Shown here in pieces: positions 1 through 5,774 of a stretch of 10,953 nucleotides of DNA. Source of the DNA: Limisphaerales bacterium. Its GTDB lineage: Bacteria; Verrucomicrobiota; Verrucomicrobiia; Limisphaerales; JAJOIW01. Position numbers and translations under genes: made by a program. The stretch covers positions 426,383 to 437,335 of the forward strand of contig CBFHOE010000001.1 of NCBI GenBank assembly GCA_965657355.1. The letters run 5' to 3'. Every line of letters starts with the position of its first letter. Position 1 is the first letter of the stretch. The notes under the pieces are model-generated. The model was not told the origin of the DNA. It searched no databases and saw only the letters and a list, made by a program, of their open reading frames with translations.

Positions 1-1
1 C

Positions 2-58
2 TATCTCGCTCCTGAAAAATGTTTTTATTTAGAGAAGAATTCGGATCACCGGAATTAA
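2..58 (+). CDS. Possible 3' end of an upstream gene truncated by the window edge (…YLAPEKCFYLEKNSDHRN*)
   Basis: Frame is open from the window edge to TAA at 56-58, 2 nt before the ATG at 61, which is operon-like spacing. Too short to identify and could be chance. Confidence 0.3.
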   Translation, partial: YLAPEKCFYLEKNSDHRN

Positions 59-60
59 CC

Positions 61-333
61 ATGATACGTGAAAAAGATCAGGTTGTCCTCAACATAGATA
101 TCCCAGAATACGGGTTAGCAGCCGGGGACATCGGTGCGGTCATTATGGCCAATCCAGGCGAAAACTCGATTAAAGTAAATTTTTTCACTTTAAGGGGCGA
201 TCTGGTCGTTTCTGCCGAGCTCCAGAGAAGTGATGTACGCAACATCCAGGACCGTGAGATAGCCCACGTTCGTGCTATTGTCAAAGATAGCGGCGAAGAG
301 GAAATCTCGGATAGCCCCAATTCGAGGAACTAA
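61..333 (+). CDS. DUF4926-like small protein
   Basis: MIREKDQVVLNIDIPEYGLAAGDIGAV…F.TL.G…EIAHVR resembles the DUF4926 pattern as I recall it (D.VVL..D.PE.GL..GD.G.VV). ATG 61 is preferred over the ORF-track start at 19 because the recognisable domain starts there. Confidence 0.75.
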   Translation: MIREKDQVVLNIDIPEYGLAAGDIGAVIMANPGENSIKVNFFTLRGDLVVSAELQRSDVRNIQDREIAHVRAIVKDSGEEEISDSPNSRN

Positions 334-363
334 CCCCTTCCCATATATTATCGAAGATTTAAT

Positions 364-1437
364 TTAAATCTTCATTTTAAAGGTGGATTGAGAGTCCAGG
401 GAAAGTGCGAATTCTGCCATCCATTGACACACGAGTTCTAAATCTCCCAAATGAATCATTTCGACAGGTGAATGCATATATCTGTTGGGCAGACTAATTA
501 AACCACATGGAATCCCTCCTCTTGTCCAAAATAAAGCGTCCAAATCAGTGCCGCTTGTATTTGAAGAAGCTTCCAGCTGATGAGGTATCTTTGCTTTGTC
601 CGCTACTTCTCTAAGCCTTTCGAGAACAACTTGGTGGTTGCCCCCGCCCATGGTCAACGTCGGTCCTTCTCCGAGATAAATTTCACCGTGGGCTTCTTTG
701 CTGACAGTGGGGTAATCGGTTGCATGGGTGACGTCTGTAATTATGGCGACATCCGGGTTGAGATGGTAGCCAATTTGTCGTATGCCCAAACAACCAACTT
801 CCTCCATGATATTTGAGACGGCACAGACTTCGACTTCTAATTTCTGTTTGTTCTCTGAAAGAATTCTCAGGGCTTCTGCAACTGAGAAAGTACCTGTTCT
901 GTTATCAAAGGCCCGAGCTACTGCTATGTCTTCATTCAATTGCTTGAAGTTTTCATCTACGGTGATCATGTCCCCAATCTGAATTATTTTGAGAGCCTCT
1001 TGCTTACTCGAGGCTCCTATATCAATGAAGAGATCGGAAATTTTTGGAGGTTTATTGGCAGAGGCATCCCCTTTGGATAAGTGCGGAGCGACGCATCCGA
1101 CGACGCCGTAAACCGGCCCGTTAGAAGAATGGATGACAACCCTTTGAGCCGGCATAATTCCCGGGTTAATTCCACCAATTTTTCGCACATAAATATATCC
1201 CTTTTCAGTGACGTAACTTACGGTCATGGTGATTTCATCTGCATGACCTGCTAGAACAATCTTTAGTTTAGCTCCGGGATTTAGTCGTGCGACGACATTT
1301 CCATAATCGTCGGAATCGACCTCATCTGCGTATTTCTCAACGTATTCTTTCCAAACCTTTTGGCCGCGAAGTTCTCGACTGCATGGGCTGGGCGTATTGA
1401 CTAACTTTTCAAGAAATTCAAGAGATTGCTTTCTCAT
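364..1437 (-). CDS. M42 family metallopeptidase (TET-like aminopeptidase; often mis-annotated as endoglucanase)
   Basis: 357 aa. Metal-binding and catalytic motifs are intact: AGHADEI, IGGI, LFIDIGA, AFDNR, MEEVG, TDVT, GTD, RYMHSPVE. Confidence 0.93.
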   Translation of the reverse strand: MRKQSLEFLEKLVNTPSPCSRELRGQKVWKEYVEKYADEVDSDDYGNVVARLNPGAKLKIVLAGHADEITMTVSYVTEKGYIYVRKIGGINPGIMPAQRVVIHSSNGPVYGVVGCVAPHLSKGDASANKPPKISDLFIDIGASSKQEALKIIQIGDMITVDENFKQLNEDIAVARAFDNRTGTFSVAEALRILSENKQKLEVEVCAVSNIMEEVGCLGIRQIGYHLNPDVAIITDVTHATDYPTVSKEAHGEIYLGEGPTLTMGGGNHQVVLERLREVADKAKIPHQLEASSNTSGTDLDALFWTRGGIPCGLISLPNRYMHSPVEMIHLGDLELVCQWMAEFALSLDSQSTFKMKI

Positions 1438-1498
1438 ACTACATTTATGAGATAAAGATGAGCCTTCGAAAATAAAATTCGATCACGAATTCTGCCCA

Positions 1499-2599
1499 AT
1501 GATTAATGAAAGAAAACGAAATTTAGACCTTTTTGGTAATCTCACTCGTGTGGTTATTAAGTTGGGTACTGGAATTTTGACGAACTCAGCAAATCAAATC
1601 GACTTCGCCCAAATCGATGCATTTGCGGCTCAATCTGCCTTTTTGAAAGAGCGAGGGATAGACGTGATTATTGTTTCCTCTGGTGCCGTGGGCGCGGGAA
1701 TGGGGACGCTCGGATTTCAATCACGTCCCACTTCTCTTGGCGAACTGCAAGCATGTGCAGCACTCGGGCAAGTTAGGCTTATGCATGCTTATTCTGAGGC
1801 ATTCAAAAAACACGGAATTCATGTAGCTCAAGTTTTACTCACCCACGAGGACCTTAAGCACAAAGACCGGCATCTAAATGCTCGAAATACATTAGAGAGT
1901 TTGCTTGGCTCTGGAGCCGTTCCAATCGTCAATGAAAACGACGCTGTTTCTTTCACGGAGTTGCAGTTCGGTGATAATGACAAGCTCAGCGCATTGGTGG
2001 CGTGTCTTTTGCCGGCTGATTTGCTTGTTATCTTAACCTCTGCCGATGGCCTTATTGAGAATTTTGGCTTGGATAATGAGAGGCGAATAAACACCGTTGA
2101 AAAAATAAATGATGATATTTTTTCCTTAGCTAAAGGAACGACTAGCGCCACAGCAAAAGGGGGAATGAGAACAAAAGTTGAGGCTGCAGAAATTGCGACC
2201 CATGCTGGACTTCCCTTGTTTATAGGGCCAGGTCGAGACCATAACGTTTTGAATAAGTTTTTATCCGGTGAAAATATTGGAACTCTTTTTATTCCTAACA
2301 CAAAAAAATTAAAATCGCACAAAAGATGGATTGCTTTTTATCACCACCCATCGGCCTCAATTCATGTCGATGAGGGAGCAGAAAAAGCCTTGCGAAAGAG
2401 TGGTAAAAGCCTTTTGTTGCCTGGGATAAAATCTCATAATGGTTCCTTCAAAAAAGGAGATGTCGTAAAGATTTGTGACCTGGATGGTAAGGAATTTGCA
2501 CGAGGTGTGGTGGATTGCTCTGCCGAAAAATTAAACAAGAAGCACTCATCTGATAATGGTGAAATTATTATTCATCGAGACCATCTTGTTCTCTTGTAA
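1499..2599 (+). CDS. proB: Glutamate 5-kinase with C-terminal PUA domain
   Basis: RVVIKLGT, VSSGAVGAG, AALGQ, VAQVLLT, PIVNENDAV, FGDNDKLSA, GGMRTK; PUA region VDEGA…KSLL…IHRDHLVL. Confidence 0.97.
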   Translation: MINERKRNLDLFGNLTRVVIKLGTGILTNSANQIDFAQIDAFAAQSAFLKERGIDVIIVSSGAVGAGMGTLGFQSRPTSLGELQACAALGQVRLMHAYSEAFKKHGIHVAQVLLTHEDLKHKDRHLNARNTLESLLGSGAVPIVNENDAVSFTELQFGDNDKLSALVACLLPADLLVILTSADGLIENFGLDNERRINTVEKINDDIFSLAKGTTSATAKGGMRTKVEAAEIATHAGLPLFIGPGRDHNVLNKFLSGENIGTLFIPNTKKLKSHKRWIAFYHHPSASIHVDEGAEKALRKSGKSLLLPGIKSHNGSFKKGDVVKICDLDGKEFARGVVDCSAEKLNKKHSSDNGEIIIHRDHLVLL

Positions 2600-2660
2600 T
2601 TTTTCAAGGACATAATGGAGGAATCCACTCGCTTCATATTAATCGACGTAGTAGGATTTA

Positions 2661-3353
2661 ATGCCAGTGAGAGAAATACTTGAGTCCCAAAAACCAATTG
2701 ACCAATTAAAGGAAGTCATGGCGCGTCTCAGGGCTCCAGGTGGATGCCCTTGGGATCAAAAGCAAAACCACAATTCCATCAAGGCGCATGCCATAGAAGA
2801 GGTTTATGAGCTTGTGGATGCCATTGAAGCCGGCGATGACAAAGAAATGAAAGAAGAGCTGGGTGACCTCCTATTGCAAGTGATTTTTCATAGCCATCTT
2901 GCCAGTGAAAGAAATGTTTTTGATTTTGATCAAGTGACCATTGGTATCGTGGAAAAACTCATCCGCAGGCACCCGCACGTATTTGGAGATGATAAATCAG
3001 CTGACAACGCTGAAAAGGTTCTCACTCAATGGGAAAAGATCAAGCTAAGTGAAAAAGTAGGAACCGATCATCAAAGAGATTCTGTGCTTGATGGAATACC
3101 CAATCACCTGCCAGCCTTGGCAAAAGCCGAAAAATTAGTCAAGAAAGCTCGAAAATCTGGCTTTTTAAACCCTGAATATCAAGGCCCATGGGCAGGGCTT
3201 TCTCAAGATGAGGTCGCAAGCCAGCTCTTCGACTTGGTAAACTACGCCCAAGCATCTGGATTTCACCCAGAAGAAATGCTTCGCTCCAAGTTAGCCGAAA
3301 AGGAGTTGGAATTCAGAGAGATCGAGGAACAAAAATCTAGCGATCAAAATTGA
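2661..3353 (+). CDS. mazG: MazG-family nucleoside triphosphate pyrophosphohydrolase (intact N-domain, degenerate C-domain)
   Basis: LRAPGGCPWDQKQ, IEEVYELVDAI, EELGDLLLQV, KLIRRHPHVF, WEKIK, SVLDGIP..LPAL. Weak SD (TAGGA) just upstream. Confidence 0.92.
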   Translation: MPVREILESQKPIDQLKEVMARLRAPGGCPWDQKQNHNSIKAHAIEEVYELVDAIEAGDDKEMKEELGDLLLQVIFHSHLASERNVFDFDQVTIGIVEKLIRRHPHVFGDDKSADNAEKVLTQWEKIKLSEKVGTDHQRDSVLDGIPNHLPALAKAEKLVKKARKSGFLNPEYQGPWAGLSQDEVASQLFDLVNYAQASGFHPEEMLRSKLAEKELEFREIEEQKSSDQN

Positions 3354-3901
3354 ACTTCGCGACTGTAAGTTTGTTTTAGCGGATGGTATTCCTGTTTGCC
3401 ATCCACGTAAAACGCGACCCATTCTGATAAACGTCTACCAAATCTTTGGCAGGTTTTGATTTCCGCATCTGTTCTTGGTTTACCTGCACATACAGCCCCG
3501 TAATGGGCTGTCATTTTCTTTCCTGCATAGTCTGTCAATCCAAAAACTAAAAACCCAAAGTTAATAAGAATGCTGGAAAGCGCTTGGCAAGCGACTTCCG
3601 AACCTCCCCCCCATCCACCACTTGATGAAAAAACGCAGCCTATTTTACCATCAAGGTTGAGCCACTCGGGGGTTGCCACTTCATCCCACCATTTTTTCAT
3701 TTCCCATGAGACACAGCCAAGATTAGTTGGGGAGCCCAAAGCGATGCCGTCGCACCATTTAAGATCATCAACTTTTGCATCGCCTGTGTTTTTGAGTCTG
3801 ACTTCCATTCCCGGTATCTCGCGAGCGCCATCGGATATTTTTTCGGCCATAGACTGAGTGTTGCCCGTGCCGCTTTGGTATAAAACGAGTATGTTTCCCA
3901 T
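3344..3901 (-). CDS. WrbA-like flavodoxin-fold protein, putative NAD(P)H:quinone oxidoreductase
   Basis: FMN phosphate loop YQSGTGNT, DGIALGSPT, MKKWWD, LDGKIGCVFSSSGGWGGGSE, HYGAV. The 3' end overlaps mazG by 10 bp. Confidence 0.88.
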   Translation of the reverse strand: MGNILVLYQSGTGNTQSMAEKISDGAREIPGMEVRLKNTGDAKVDDLKWCDGIALGSPTNLGCVSWEMKKWWDEVATPEWLNLDGKIGCVFSSSGGWGGGSEVACQALSSILINFGFLVFGLTDYAGKKMTAHYGAVCAGKPRTDAEIKTCQRFGRRLSEWVAFYVDGKQEYHPLKQTYSREVQF

Positions 3902-3969
3902 AGTTTATAAAAGAAGAAGTGATTGTGAGGATTCTCTTATCCGTGCTTTTGATCTTAAATTTTTTCCAA

Positions 3970-4311
3970 CTAGTCAAACCATTCGTCATCTGGATCAAAT
4001 GCTGGAATTGGGATATTTAAAATTTTTAATTTTCCTTTTGCTCGGTGGCGACAGCCTGGTTTGATGAAAATGGATGTCAACGGTTTTAAGGCATGAACTT
4101 GTCCATCGAGTTCAATTTCACCCTCTCCTTCCAATACAACGTAAATTTCGGTCATTTTTTTGTGATAGTGGACTTTTGAGTCCTTTTCTATATCCACTAC
4201 GTGCACAGTCGCTAATTCATTATCCCCATCATCGAAAGACCTTCTCGCCCAACCACACGGGCACCTGGTAGGTTCAACTTCATCCAGTTGTGATATCATG
4301 AAATTTGCCAT
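3970..4311 (-). CDS. Cupin-domain protein with N-terminal CPCG motif
   Basis: Cupin motif 1 HYHKKMTEIYVVLEGEG and motif 2 IKPGCRH. ATG at 4311 (MANFMISQLDEV) is preferred over the GTG at 4350. Confidence 0.88.
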   Translation of the reverse strand: MANFMISQLDEVEPTRCPCGWARRSFDDGDNELATVHVVDIEKDSKVHYHKKMTEIYVVLEGEGEIELDGQVHALKPLTSIFIKPGCRHRAKGKLKILNIPIPAFDPDDEWFD

Positions 4312-4390
4312 TCTTATACTATCCACACTCAAGTAAGATTTTCCAATCACTCTCTATTTTGCGCGCTCCATAGCTTTAGGTATCAAAATT

Positions 4391-4443
4391 AAGTTGTTTT
4401 TTATTAAAAAACGCTTGTGAAATTTTTCACAAGCTGGCAGATT
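4391..4443 (+). promoter_or_regulatory. Putative sigma70-type promoter of the atp operon
   Basis: -35 TTGTGA (4415-4420), 17-bp spacer, extended TG (4435-4436), -10 CAGATT (4438-4443). An A/T tract at 4391-4411 resembles an UP element. Confidence 0.5.
4413..4434. promoter_or_regulatory. Palindromic operator matching the Rex consensus (also fits the CRP-type TGTGA-N6-TCACA core)
   Basis: GCTTGTGAA-ATTT-TTCACAAGC has perfect 9-bp arms. Core 4415-4432 equals TTGTGAA-N4-TTCACAA. It is intergenic and ends 54 bp before the atpB ATG. Confidence 0.8.
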
Positions 4444-4488
4444 TCGACCCGAACGCATTCAATTTAAGTTCAGTTATTTATTAAATCG

Positions 4489-5394
4489 ATGTCATTTAGA
4501 AGCATTCTGCTCACTTTCCTTTTTATGATGTCCCGCGGCATTTCTTTTGCTGCTGAGGACGGAGGTCACCATGGATTGACTGCCTACCCCATGGAAGCCT
4601 TTAAACTAGGCCCATTGATAATTACAAATTCAATGGTTGTCACCATCTTAGTGGCCGCATTGATCGTCATTTTCGCTCAGCTCGCCACCAAGAATATGAA
4701 AATGGTTCCCACAGGACTCCAAAATTTTGCTGAATGGCTGGTGGAGTCACTTTACAACTTCTTAGAAGGCATCATGGGGCCAGAACTTGTCAAAAAGACA
4801 TTTTGGTTTTTTGGATCTTTATTCATTTTTATACTGGCCACAAATTGGTTTGGCTTAATTCCGGGCATTGGAACCGTTGGCTGGATGCAGGATGGTCATT
4901 TTATTCCCTGGCTACGCGGGGGTAATGCCGACTTGAACATGACCTTGGGTATGGCAATGGTTTTCTTCGTTGTGTGGTTTATCTGGGCTATTCAAGCCAA
5001 TGGCGTCGTTGGTTTTCTCAAGCACATATTCATGCCTACAAAAGTTCACTGGTTGATTATGATCATTTTCTTTGCTGTCGGCATCATTGAAGTTGTGTCT
5101 ATTGCCATGAGGCCTGTGGCTCTCAGCTTTCGTCTCTATGGAAACGTTTTTGCTGGCGAAAATATGCTGGAAACTATGCTTCACATGAGTAGTGGTTTCG
5201 GCGGACTTCTTGCCCTCCCGTTTTACTTTCTGGAACTACTCGTTGGAATTATTCAAGCCATGGTCTTTGTGCTCCTGACAGCATTATTTACGACAACCAT
5301 GTGCTCCCATGCTGATCATGATCACGATGAGCATGGCGAAGATCATGATCACACCAACGATACAAAGGCTGCAGAAGGCGTATCGACTCACTGA
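4489..5394 (+). CDS. atpB: F0F1 ATP synthase subunit a
   Basis: VPTGLQNFAE, FILATNWFGLIPG, ADLNMT, essential-Arg motif RPVALSFRLYGNVFAGE, ELLVGIIQAMVF. Confidence 0.98.
   Translation: MSFRSILLTFLFMMSRGISFAAEDGGHHGLTAYPMEAFKLGPLIITNSMVVTILVAALIVIFAQLATKNMKMVPTGLQNFAEWLVESLYNFLEGIMGPELVKKTFWFFGSLFIFILATNWFGLIPGIGTVGWMQDGHFIPWLRGGNADLNMTLGMAMVFFVVWFIWAIQANGVVGFLKHIFMPTKVHWLIMIIFFAVGIIEVVSIAMRPVALSFRLYGNVFAGENMLETMLHMSSGFGGLLALPFYFLELLVGIIQAMVFVLLTALFTTTMCSHADHDHDEHGEDHDHTNDTKAAEGVSTH
5314..5352 (+). repeat. 12-bp direct repeat GATCATGATCAC x2 encoding DHDH in the subunit a tail
   Basis: Exact copies at 5314-5325 and 5341-5352, 27 bp apart and in frame. Confidence 0.8.
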
Positions 5395-5407
5395 TCTAAA
5401 AAAATTT

Positions 5408-5444
5408 AGCAAGTGGACCATGCGCAGAAAGTGTGGGACTTGCT
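5408..5444 (+). other. Intergenic RNA stem-loop between atpB and atpE
   Basis: AGCAAGT (5408-5414) pairs with ACTTGCT (5438-5444). CCATGC (5418-5423) pairs with GTGTGG (5431-5436) using two G-U pairs. Loop is GCAGAAA. Confidence 0.7.
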
Positions 5445-5476
5445 TCAAACTGCTAACATAAAAAAAATAAATAAAT

Positions 5477-5689
5477 ATGACACTACTTCCTCTACTTGGA
5501 GAAATTACTGGCCAAATTCACATCGGTTTGGCTGCCCTCGGTTCTGCTATTGGCGTGGGACTTATCGGTTTCAAAGCTTCTGAAGCTACAGGACGCAATC
5601 CTGGTGCTGCGACACCAATTTTGGTTATCAGTATTATTTTAGCGGCTCTTGCCGAAGGTATCACATTCTTTGCTATCTTCCTTTCATAA
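5477..5689 (+). CDS. atpE: F0F1 ATP synthase subunit c
   Basis: 70-aa helical hairpin: GSAIGVGLIG, loop GRNPGA (R40), ion-binding carboxylate in LAEG (E60). Confidence 0.97.
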   Translation: MTLLPLLGEITGQIHIGLAALGSAIGVGLIGFKASEATGRNPGAATPILVISIILAALAEGITFFAIFLS

Positions 5690-5719
5690 AAGAGCATCCA
5701 TATATTTTTTGAAATAAAC

Positions 5720-5733
5720 GGGGCTTCGGCCCC
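5720..5733 (+). other. GC-rich hairpin with C(UUCG)G tetraloop downstream of atpE (3' stabiliser or partial terminator)
   Basis: GGGGC-TTCG-GCCCC lies within an otherwise very AT-rich spacer. It is followed by ATATTAAATTT rather than a clean U-tract. Confidence 0.75.
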
Positions 5734-5774
5734 ATATTAAATTTATTACGACTTTATTGAATCAAATTTCTGAA

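Noticed and set aside
19..60. ORF-track extended starts (19 for the DUF4926-like gene; also GTG 4350 for the cupin and TTG 5757 for atpF)
   Set aside because: The extensions carry no recognisable sequence, and downstream ATGs (61, 4311, 5775) fit the domain boundaries better.
1828..2322. 164-aa antisense ORF inside proB
   Set aside because: Codon-aligned shadow of a conserved gene with no recognisable motif.
3923..3940. Possible second Rex-like site TTGTGAG-GATT-CTCTTAT upstream of the WrbA-like gene
   Set aside because: The left half matches 6/7 but the right half only 3/7, which is not distinguishable from chance without a genome-trained matrix.
4396..4412. Inverted repeat GTTTTTT-ATT-AAAAAAC next to the operator
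   Set aside because: Homopolymeric A/T arms; better explained as an UP-element-like tract than a hairpin or terminator.
5720..5745. Calling the post-atpE hairpin a full intrinsic terminator
   Set aside because: There is no U-tract, and downstream atp genes need read-through; it is kept as a stabiliser or partial terminator.
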